64,000 nucleotides of DNA. Source: an uncultured Candidatus Actinomarina sp. (GTDB taxonomy: Bacteria > Actinomycetota > Acidimicrobiia > Actinomarinales > Actinomarinaceae). Shown one piece after another: positions 57,014-64,000 of this stretch. The DNA is taken from contig CABWZY010000002.1 of the NCBI GenBank assembly GCA_902510055.1, positions 4,183 to 68,182 of the forward strand. Reading direction: 5' to 3'. The notes beneath the pieces were generated by a model. It saw nothing but the letters and a program-made list of their open reading frames with translations. It was not told the origin of the DNA and did not search any database. The stretch's first letter is position 1, and each line of letters opens with the position of its first letter. Made by a program: the position numbers and the translations under genes.

Positions 57014-58357
57014 ATGAAAAAAAATACAAATATATCAATCATGTTATTAATCACAATTGTCCTAATTTTAGGTAGTTTATATTTTACAAATACAATTTCA
57101 CAGCAAGAACAGACAATCTTAGAACAAGAGCAGACAATTTATTTGCAAGACCAAAAAATTTCCCAACAAGAAGAATTTCAAGATTCATTTGGACCTTTTG
57201 CACTAAGTTTAGAATTATATAGAAAAGAAATTGCTAGCGATATTGAAATAAATAAAACTGTAATTAATTTATCTGATAATTTAATTATGAACAAATTTGA
57301 ATTACTTTCAGGGTTTTATCATGGAATTAATATGCAATATCCTGGAAGTGGATTTATAGATTTTCATGAAGATAATATTATTGTCTTATCTTCTCGCGGT
57401 ATCCTTGCATTTAGAAAAGAAATAAATGATGATAAAGATAGTTTTAAACAAATAAAAAATAACATTAACGAATTTATAGGTTTAAAACAATATCAAAAAA
57501 AGAATTGGTTTTCACTAAAAGATATATTAATTTTTAATAACCTAGTTTTCATATCTTATACAGAAGAAATTAAAGAAGATTGCTGGAATACGAGTATTGT
57601 GTATGGAAATATGGATTATGAAAATATTCAGTTTAAAAGACTTTTTTCACCAAAAGAATGTGTTCATTCAACTAACAATGTAGATAAACAATTTAATGCT
57701 CTTCAATCAGGAGGTAAAATAATTTCACTTGATAATAATCATATTTTATTTTCAACAGGTGAATATAGAAGCAGGTATCTTGCCCAAGACAATCAAAGTG
57801 TGAATGGAAAACTAATTAGAATAAATATTAGTAATAATGATTATGAAATTATCTCCATGGGCCATAGAAACCCACAAGGTTTATATTTTGATAAAAATAA
57901 TAACTTTATTTTAGAAACTGAACATGGCCCTCAAGGTGGAGATGAAATAAATTTAATAAATATCAATAGCTCACTTCAAAATGAAATTCCAAATTATGGT
58001 TGGCCAATTTCATCTGCTGGCGAGCATTATGGTGGCAGAAGTGAGGAAAACACTACAATTTATGAAAAATATCCATTGCATAATTCACACAGTGAATACG
58101 GCTTTAAAGAACCACTTAAGTCATTTGTTCCATCAATAGGTATTTCTGAAATAGTAAAAATCGGTCCTAACAAATATGTTTTTAGTTCAATGAAAGATAA
58201 ATCTATTTATTTTTTTGAATTAAGCGACCAAAAAGAATTAATTAATTTGGTCAGAGTAGAAGTTTTTGAAAGAATTAGAGACTTAAAATTTAAAAATAAT
58301 CAACTATTTTTATTTTTGGAAAATACAGCTTCTATTGGAGTAATTAATTTAGATTAG
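57014..58357 (+). CDS. Membrane-anchored PQQ-dependent sugar dehydrogenase-like beta-propeller protein
   Basis: 447 aa. N-terminal transmembrane helix, a Gln/Glu heptad stretch, then GHRNPQGLYFD...EHGPQGGDEINLI and NYGWP, typical of the soluble glucose/sorbosone dehydrogenase family. Confidence 0.6.
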   Translation: MKKNTNISIMLLITIVLILGSLYFTNTISQQEQTILEQEQTIYLQDQKISQQEEFQDSFGPFALSLELYRKEIASDIEINKTVINLSDNLIMNKFELLSGFYHGINMQYPGSGFIDFHEDNIIVLSSRGILAFRKEINDDKDSFKQIKNNINEFIGLKQYQKKNWFSLKDILIFNNLVFISYTEEIKEDCWNTSIVYGNMDYENIQFKRLFSPKECVHSTNNVDKQFNALQSGGKIISLDNNHILFSTGEYRSRYLAQDNQSVNGKLIRINISNNDYEIISMGHRNPQGLYFDKNNNFILETEHGPQGGDEINLININSSLQNEIPNYGWPISSAGEHYGGRSEENTTIYEKYPLHNSHSEYGFKEPLKSFVPSIGISEIVKIGPNKYVFSSMKDKSIYFFELSDQKELINLVRVEVFERIRDLKFKNNQLFLFLENTASIGVINLD

Positions 58358-58452
58358 TATATAAATCATTTTCATAATTATTACTTAGGCTTTAGAAAGA
58401 GCTTTAAATTTTTAACAAAGAACGTTTTATGCATATTTATTACAATTAAATT

Positions 58453-59094
58453 ATGATTAAAAAATATATAAAATTTAAAAATTTAAACTTAGACATCGAT
58501 CAGGTTGATCAGCTCTTAAAATGGAAAGAAGTTCATAATTTTAATGTACCTTATCCGCAATTTGTAAAAGAAAAAATATTAACAGAATATAATCTTACTA
58601 ATTCAACGTGGATTGAAACTGGCACTTTAGTTGGTGATACCGCAAAATTTTTGTCAAAAATAGGCAAACATATTATAACTATTGAGCCTAGTTTAAAATT
58701 TTATAATATTTCAAAAAAAAATCTTAGTAAATATTCAAATATAGAATTAATAAATGATTCTTCAGAGAATTGCTTAAATGAGATTTTAAGTAAGCTTACA
58801 GATGTTAAAAATATTTGTTTTTGGTTAGATGGGCATTTTTCTGGTGGTGATACTTTTCAGGGACCAGATGACACTCCAATTTTAAAAGAGCTAGATATAA
58901 TAGAGAAACATTTATCATCTTTTGAAAACATTTCAATATTGGTTGATGATTTTAGACTTTTCAATATTAATAACGTAGCAAATAAGGAAGTGTATCCTGA
59001 TAAATCTGAATTAATAAAATGGTGCGAAAGAAATAAATTATTTTGGACTATTAAAAGCGATATTTTTATAATTACAAATCATAAATTTTCATAA
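58453..59094 (+). CDS. Methyltransferase-like protein (class I fold, unassigned subfamily)
   Basis: 213 aa. WIETGTLVGDTAKFL (motif I-like) and FWLDGHFSGGDT...PILKELDII resemble LPS-cluster methyltransferase-like proteins. Confidence 0.4.
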   Translation: MIKKYIKFKNLNLDIDQVDQLLKWKEVHNFNVPYPQFVKEKILTEYNLTNSTWIETGTLVGDTAKFLSKIGKHIITIEPSLKFYNISKKNLSKYSNIELINDSSENCLNEILSKLTDVKNICFWLDGHFSGGDTFQGPDDTPILKELDIIEKHLSSFENISILVDDFRLFNINNVANKEVYPDKSELIKWCERNKLFWTIKSDIFIITNHKFS

Positions 59095-59145
59095 AATATT
59101 TATATAAATTTTTGTAACAGGAAATATTGAGTAACAATATTACAA

Positions 59146-59318
59146 CGAAAAAGGGAGTTCAGACAGAGAACCCCCCCTCTCTAAATCAAATATTACAAGA
59201 TGTATCAGTAATATAAGATTTAACTATTTTACAATGAGTAATAAGTAAACTTCAAGAGACAAAGTTTCTATCACTAGTACTTTGTCATGAAAAGGGAGTC
59301 CTCGCCGATTCCCTTTTC
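59146..59318. other. GC-rich structured intergenic element (candidate ncRNA, leader or relic)
   Basis: Repeated AAAAGGGAGTYC at 59148-59160 and 59290-59301. AGAGA-ACCCCCCC-TCTCT hairpin with a C7 loop (59171-59177). 8-bp hairpin GACAAAGT/ACTTTGTC (59258-59286). 9-bp hairpin GAAAAGGGA/TCCCTTTTC (59289-59318). Confidence 0.3.
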
Positions 59319-59374
59319 TATTTAAATTGAAATATATAAGTTGATGAATGTTTATAGCTAAGTAATCTAATTTT

Positions 59375-60091
59375 ATGAAAAGAATATTAAAAAATTTAAT
59401 AATTAAATCAGCATTTCTTAATAGAAAATTTATAAATTTTCAAAATTATTTTTCAACAAAAAATAAACTTAAAAATTCTTCTGGTCAAATTAAAGACAGT
59501 GAATTAGAAAATAAGCTTAGAGATTTAATTGTTAATAAGGATATAAAAAATATAGTTGAAATAGGGACTTGGAATGGGCTTGGTTCTACAAAAATGTTCA
59601 TAAACCTAATCAAAGATTCAAAAAAAAATATAAGTTTTTATTCAGTAGAGTCAGACTTACTTTGTTTCAAAGCTGCAAAAAAGAATCTAAAAAAAGATAT
59701 AGAAAATGTAAATTTGATTTTAGGAAGAGTACACGAAATTGATGATTTGAGTTATGTTAATAAAGATATAATTTTTGAGTATGGTTACGGTGAAAAAGAA
59801 CATGAATGGTTTATTCAGGACTTAAGAAGATATAAAAAAATACAAAATGTAGTTACACAACTTCCAAATGAAATTGGAATACTTCTTTTAGATGGCGGAG
59901 AGTTTTCTGGATTTGCTGACTTTTTAAGTTTATATACAAGAAGCAAATTCATTGTTTTAGATGATGTTAGTTCTTTTAAACAACACAATGTTTTAGGTTT
60001 TATTAATCAAAACAAAAAAAATTTTAAATTAATTTATGATTCTGAAAATAGAGAGGGTGTTCAAATCTATCTTTACCTCAAGAATATTTAG
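59375..60091 (+). CDS. Class I SAM-dependent methyltransferase-like protein
   Basis: 238 aa. IVEIGTWNGLGST (motif I-like), YSVESD and LLLDGGEFSG. Confidence 0.45.
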   Translation: MKRILKNLIIKSAFLNRKFINFQNYFSTKNKLKNSSGQIKDSELENKLRDLIVNKDIKNIVEIGTWNGLGSTKMFINLIKDSKKNISFYSVESDLLCFKAAKKNLKKDIENVNLILGRVHEIDDLSYVNKDIIFEYGYGEKEHEWFIQDLRRYKKIQNVVTQLPNEIGILLLDGGEFSGFADFLSLYTRSKFIVLDDVSSFKQHNVLGFINQNKKNFKLIYDSENREGVQIYLYLKNI

Positions 60092-60141
60092 TGTAAATAT
60101 TTTTAGTCGATTAGAGTACTTTACATAATTAATAACAAAAA

Positions 60142-60321
60142 ATGGATAAAGAAAAGAAATCTGAATTATTTAAAACACTTGGTTGGAGTGGTATAACTGG
60201 TTGCACGGGTTTATTCGCTTTTGCCTCTGCAGGTTTAGGCGATTCAATTCTAGCTTTGGGCATTCTTTTTATTATTGTGTATGTTGTATTTCGAGTTTTT
60301 AGAATTCTTAATATTAGGTAG
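60142..60321 (+). CDS. Small two-helix membrane protein (59 aa), absent from the ORF track
   Basis: ATG at 60142 to TAG at 60319-60321, translated by hand: MDKEKKSELFKTLGWSGITGCTGLFAFASAGLGDSILALGILFIIVYVVFRVFRILNIR. It sits 66 bp upstream of the GtrB-like gene. Confidence 0.35.
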   Translation: MDKEKKSELFKTLGWSGITGCTGLFAFASAGLGDSILALGILFIIVYVVFRVFRILNIR

Positions 60322-60387
60322 TTTGAATAAATTCAATCAATAAATATAAAAAAATTATATGAAGGTTGATAAAATAAAGAAGTATAT

Positions 60388-61275
60388 ATGAATAAAATTT
60401 TATTTTCAGTTGTTATCCCTGCTTTTTGTGAGGAAGAGAATATACCACTTCTTTTGGATGATTTGGATGATGCTTTTAAAGGAATTGATAATTGTGAAGT
60501 GATTCTGGTTGATGATGGAAGTCCTATTAAATTGGAGAATATAATTGATAAAAATTTATATAGTTTTAAATTAAAAATTATTACTAATAAATTCAACATA
60601 GGACAATCTTTGAGCATAAAAACTGGCTTAAAAGAATCAACAGGCAACCTAATAGGGCTTATAGACGGAGATTGTCAGAACCCTCCAAAAGAACTTAGGA
60701 AATTATATGATTTTTATATATCAAATTTGAATAAATATGATGGAATTATTTCTTATAGAAAAAACAGAAAAGATGAATTTTTAAGAAAATTTATATCTCG
60801 ATTAGCTAATTTTATATTAAAAATATTTACTAAGTCTCAATTTAAAGATTTAGGATCTAGTATCAAGATAATTAGAAAAGATTGTTTGGATAGTTTGGTT
60901 TTTAAGGGTGATATGCACAGATTTATATCTCCAATGCTGCTATCAAGAGGCTATTCTCTGGCGGAGTTAGAGGTTGAACATGCTGAGAGAAAAAAAGGGA
61001 TTTCTAAATATGGATTTGGGAGGGTAATCCCAGTTGTTGTTGACGGTATTCTTTTTTATTTGACCAACGGCTTTACAAGAACTTCAAAGTATGCAATTGG
61101 GAAATTCTCATTTACTTTATTTTTTATATCGATGTCTCTAAACCTACTAGTACTTTATCAAAAGCTTGTTAATTCAATTTTTGTTCACAGAAATCCCTTG
61201 TTTATTATTTCAATGGTTTTTTTACTACTAAGCATTCAAATATTTTCTCAAGTAGTAAAAATTGATGAAGCTTAA
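60388..61275 (+). CDS. GT2 polyprenyl-phosphate glycosyltransferase (GtrB/ArnC/Ppm1-like) with C-terminal TM helices
   Basis: FSVVIPAFCEEENI, ILVDDGS, LIDGDCQNPP and two C-terminal hydrophobic helices. Confidence 0.8.
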   Translation: MNKILFSVVIPAFCEEENIPLLLDDLDDAFKGIDNCEVILVDDGSPIKLENIIDKNLYSFKLKIITNKFNIGQSLSIKTGLKESTGNLIGLIDGDCQNPPKELRKLYDFYISNLNKYDGIISYRKNRKDEFLRKFISRLANFILKIFTKSQFKDLGSSIKIIRKDCLDSLVFKGDMHRFISPMLLSRGYSLAELEVEHAERKKGISKYGFGRVIPVVVDGILFYLTNGFTRTSKYAIGKFSFTLFFISMSLNLLVLYQKLVNSIFVHRNPLFIISMVFLLLSIQIFSQVVKIDEA

Positions 61276-62827
61276 AACACTAATATATAAAAATAATTTA
61301 ATTTACTCAGCAATAGTTTTATTTAATTTTATATGGTTTTTTTTAGGTTTAGGTAAAGCAGAAACAAGACTTATGAAGTTAGATCAAAAACTAATGTCTA
61401 TGACTTCTTCTAAAATGCATTATTTTAATTTAAATACATTTGAAGCTGCTTGGAATCACCACACACCTCCATTTTTCTATATTCTTAAGTCCAGCTATAT
61501 ATTCTCTGAATATCTAAATATGGAGTATGGAATTTATATAGTGTATTCTATTTTGCTTCTTCTAATTCATTTTTCACTTTATGCAGTTTGCTATAAATTA
61601 ACAGAATTAAAATTTCTTTCCCTATTACTTTCAACAAGTTTTGTATTTGACATGAGCTCAACAACAATAGCAGGTAACGTGATTTTTGACTTTAGGACTG
61701 TAGGAATTTTACTTCAGTCTTTAATTTTATATTTTTCATTTAAGATTCTTGAAAAACAAGAAAAAAAGACCACTGTATTTCTCTCTCTTTTTATTTTTTT
61801 TCAAGTATTAGTTTTAGAATCTTACATTATTTCATGTGGCATAGTATTTATTTATTTGTTATTAAATCTAGAAGATAAAGTTAATTTATTTAAAATCTTT
61901 ATTTCTACAAATTTTCTACTAGCTATAATTTCAATAATTATTTTTCAATTAAATTCAGCGCTTTATGATTTAATAAACCTTAATTACATTTTTCATTTTG
62001 ACGCTATAGGCTTTAGTGGGACGCAGAGACTTGGAATCAAACATTTGTCAAATTATGGTCTTTTTTACCACTGGGAACATAACCGCTTGCTCCATATTGC
62101 AACCTTTTTCTTTATTGCAATTTTCTATGTGTTTAAAGAAAAACTGAATGTAAGTGAAAGAAAAAAGAGCTTTTTTTCATTTATAGTTGTTTATTTTTTT
62201 GCTGAATTAATTCACTTATTTTTGACCGGTCCAAGATTTACTTCTTATTTGCAAGTTATTTTATTAAGTCAGTATTTAATAATATTTATTTTTATCTATT
62301 TCTTATTAGTAAGTTTTGATGTAAATAAAGTCATTCTATATCTGTTAAATTTTTCAATATTATTTACGATGTTTTTTCTTGTTCAATTTGAAGATGTAGT
62401 GTTAGCAAGAACTTCTTTAATTGATAAAAGCTATATAAATGCTAAAAAGGAGGTATCTCAAGACAGCAATATATCAAAATTTTTGTATAAAACTGGTGAT
62501 CCTGAACTGATTCTAGCTTGGGTGTCGAATGAAAGTTGGGATGCAGTATATTTTGAATCTAACAAACTTCCAGCAACAAGAATGTGGTGGTGGTTTCAAA
62601 TGAAATATGTAGAAAAATCATATAATTGGAAACCTGGAAGACACTACAACACAAATCTTGAAGAAATTTTTATTAAAGATTTAAATAGAGAAAATCCCAA
62701 ATTTGCAGTTATTGAAAAAGGATACACAGATCCGCCAGATTTCTTTAAAGAATATATAGAAAAAAACTATATTTATATAAATAATATTGACCAATTTTAT
62801 ATTTTCAGTTTAAAAAATAATGAATAA
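61262..62827 (+). CDS. GT-C-like polytopic membrane protein with C-terminal WWWF domain
   Basis: 521 aa. Overlaps the GT2 gene by 14 nt. Paralogue of 44257-46422. NHHTPPFFY resembles the GT-C PPL motif. Confidence 0.5.
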   Translation: MMKLKTLIYKNNLIYSAIVLFNFIWFFLGLGKAETRLMKLDQKLMSMTSSKMHYFNLNTFEAAWNHHTPPFFYILKSSYIFSEYLNMEYGIYIVYSILLLLIHFSLYAVCYKLTELKFLSLLLSTSFVFDMSSTTIAGNVIFDFRTVGILLQSLILYFSFKILEKQEKKTTVFLSLFIFFQVLVLESYIISCGIVFIYLLLNLEDKVNLFKIFISTNFLLAIISIIIFQLNSALYDLINLNYIFHFDAIGFSGTQRLGIKHLSNYGLFYHWEHNRLLHIATFFFIAIFYVFKEKLNVSERKKSFFSFIVVYFFAELIHLFLTGPRFTSYLQVILLSQYLIIFIFIYFLLVSFDVNKVILYLLNFSILFTMFFLVQFEDVVLARTSLIDKSYINAKKEVSQDSNISKFLYKTGDPELILAWVSNESWDAVYFESNKLPATRMWWWFQMKYVEKSYNWKPGRHYNTNLEEIFIKDLNRENPKFAVIEKGYTDPPDFFKEYIEKNYIYINNIDQFYIFSLKNNE

Positions 62828-63680
62828 ATCTTTAAAAGGGTCTATCTGGATGTTTGGCGGAGTTTTCTCACTTACATTAATGGCAATTGCAGGAAAAGAG
62901 ATTTCATTACAAATTGATACTTTTGAAATATTATTTTTTAGAAGCGTTATAGGGATTGTTATTATTTCGCTTGTAATCGCAGGAAAAGGTTTATTTCATG
63001 AAATAAACCTGAATCAAATAGGGAAACATTTGAAAAGAAATATCGCACACTTTACTGGTCAAAATTTATGGTTATATGCATTAGGAACCATATCTTTAGC
63101 TGAGGTAACTTCATTAGAGTTTACGATGCCTATTTGGATTATTTTATTTTCTTTTTTTATGCTTAATGAAAATTTGAATAAATTTACGATTATGTCAGTA
63201 GTAATAGGCTTCATAGGGGTTCTAATCATTGTAAGGCCTAATATAGTAAGTATTAATCTTGGCATAGTTGCTGCTGCTATTTCTGCAGTTGCCTTTGCTC
63301 TTACAAATATATATACACGAAAACTTACCAAGACAGAATCAACATTAACAATTATATTTTTTCTTACATCTATACAATTAATCTTTGGATTCTTTACTTC
63401 ATTTATTGATGGCAAATTAGATTTGCCCTCTTCTGAAACTATTCCTTGGATAGTTGTTCTTGGGATAGGAGGGCTTGTTGCCCATTACTGTATTACTACG
63501 GCTTTAACTTATGCTGCACCAAGTGTAGTTGCACCTATTGATTTATTTAGATTACCTTTTGTGGTGTTAATTGGAATAATATTTTATTCTGAATCGGGAG
63601 ATGTGTATATATATGTTGGTTCCTTATTAATTGTTCTAGCAAACTGGTTAAATATAAAAAAAGCAAATAAAAATGAGTAG
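62820..63680 (+). CDS. EamA/DMT-superfamily transporter
   Basis: 286 aa, about 10 transmembrane helices in two EamA-like halves. The ATG overlaps the upstream stop by 8 nt. Confidence 0.8.
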   Translation: MNKSLKGSIWMFGGVFSLTLMAIAGKEISLQIDTFEILFFRSVIGIVIISLVIAGKGLFHEINLNQIGKHLKRNIAHFTGQNLWLYALGTISLAEVTSLEFTMPIWIILFSFFMLNENLNKFTIMSVVIGFIGVLIIVRPNIVSINLGIVAAAISAVAFALTNIYTRKLTKTESTLTIIFFLTSIQLIFGFFTSFIDGKLDLPSSETIPWIVVLGIGGLVAHYCITTALTYAAPSVVAPIDLFRLPFVVLIGIIFYSESGDVYIYVGSLLIVLANWLNIKKANKNE

Positions 63681-63695
63681 TTTAAAATAATAAAT

Positions 63696-64000
63696 ATGTT
63701 TAATTATTCAAAGATATCACAAGAAAGTTTGAAAAAAGATCTTGATGAAAGCATAAAAATCAGTAAAAACTTAGTCTCAGAAATAAAACAAAGTGAAGAT
63801 GCAGATCTGGACTCTTTTGATTTGTTTGAAAGACAAATTTCAGATTTGGCTGGACGAGTAACTTTCATGGGAGATGTACACCAGGATGAAGAAATTAGAA
63901 ATTTTGCAAATGAAGCTGAGTCAATAATTGAAAATTATGTGCTTGAAACGACTACAGATATAGAGTTATATAAGAAGTTTCAAGAAATAGACCGTACTTC
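63696..64000 (+). CDS. Partial CDS (N-terminus), possibly an M3-family oligopeptidase
   Basis: Open from the ATG at 63696 to the window end (101 codons). FDLFERQISDLAGRVTFMGDVHQDEEIRNFANEAE loosely resembles M3 peptidase N-termini. Weak. Confidence 0.3.
   Translation, partial: MFNYSKISQESLKKDLDESIKISKNLVSEIKQSEDADLDSFDLFERQISDLAGRVTFMGDVHQDEEIRNFANEAESIIENYVLETTTDIELYKKFQEIDRT

Noticed and set aside
59161-59200. Resemblance of AGAGA-ACCCCCCC-TCTCT-AAATCAAATA to a preQ1-I riboswitch or to the actinobacterial 6C RNA
   Set aside because: The preQ1-I loop and tail consensus is not met, and the downstream gene is not a queuosine gene. 6C RNA has two closely spaced C-rich loops, and only one C-rich loop is present here. 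The region is kept as an unclassified structured element.
19814-63415. Fifteen short track ORFs: 19814-20053, 23780-24034, 29686-29871, 32146-32457, 33297-33509, 34635-34826, 36526-36711, 40412-40606, 40518-40703, 48217-48516, 49337-49522, 52676-52960, 53688-53912, 55218-55481, 60333-60647, and also 63059-63415
   Set aside because: Each lies wholly inside, and antisense to or out of frame with, a longer ORF carrying recognisable family motifs. AT-rich DNA yields long stop-free antisense frames.
1-64000. Search for CRISPR arrays, IS elements, integrases, prophage genes, toxin-antitoxin pairs and rRNA
   Set aside because: I saw no spaced direct repeats, no transposase, integrase or recombinase motifs, and no phage structural or defence-like ORFs. 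Apart from the tRNAs and the 59.1-59.4 kb spacer, all sizeable gaps are short AT-rich promoters.

Overview
Very AT-rich, tightly packed prokaryotic window. Many genes overlap and nine convergent gene pairs share their 3' ends. A WhiB-family regulator, a type-II (eukaryote-like) glutamine synthetase beside a divergent orphan OmpR/GlnR-like regulator, and the low G+C content point to a streamlined low-GC aquatic actinobacterium, plausibly 'Ca. Actinomarinales'-like. That placement is inference only. Positions 1-19.6 kb look like core genome: ispD, YjbQ, a thioredoxin-fold protein, a mannitol PTS split into separate IIC/IIB/IIA genes with mtlD and ptsH, a CNNM/CorC protein, whiB, an mrp-selA-selB operon (selenocysteine decoding), ErpA- and Nfu-type Fe-S proteins, glnII and argS. 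Positions 19.6-62.8 kb form one large cell-envelope glycan island. It contains about 12 recognisable glycosyltransferases (GT2, GT4, GT8, TagA, exostosin-like), a polyprenyl-phosphate sugar phosphotransferase, two Wzy/O-antigen-ligase-like proteins and several GT-C-like polytopic proteins. It also carries GDP-fucose genes (gmd, fcl), an NDP-4-amino-6-deoxyhexose module with an AsnB-like amidotransferase, and a CDP-3,6-dideoxyhexose module (rfbF, rfbG, rfbJ/S-like, rfbH). Methyltransferase-like genes and many unassignable ORFs are interspersed. Four tRNA genes (Arg-UCG, Lys-UUU, Asp-GUC, Phe-GAA) interrupt the island. I found no rRNA, CRISPR array, integrase or transposase. The best candidates for undescribed biology are: (1) a GtrB-like / GT-C-like / EamA operon with an untracked 59-aa membrane ORF; (2) two paralogous GT-C-like proteins sharing a C-terminal WWWF domain, one of which also shares an N-terminal Cys-pair module with a Wzy-like protein; (3) a five-gene operon of non-canonical glycosyltransferase-like proteins; (4) an E1-type 3-dehydrase with an intact [2Fe-2S] motif but no E3 partner in the window; (5) a 280-bp intergenic region with unusually GC-rich hairpins. 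All family assignments come from reading the translations and remembered motifs. No database search was run.
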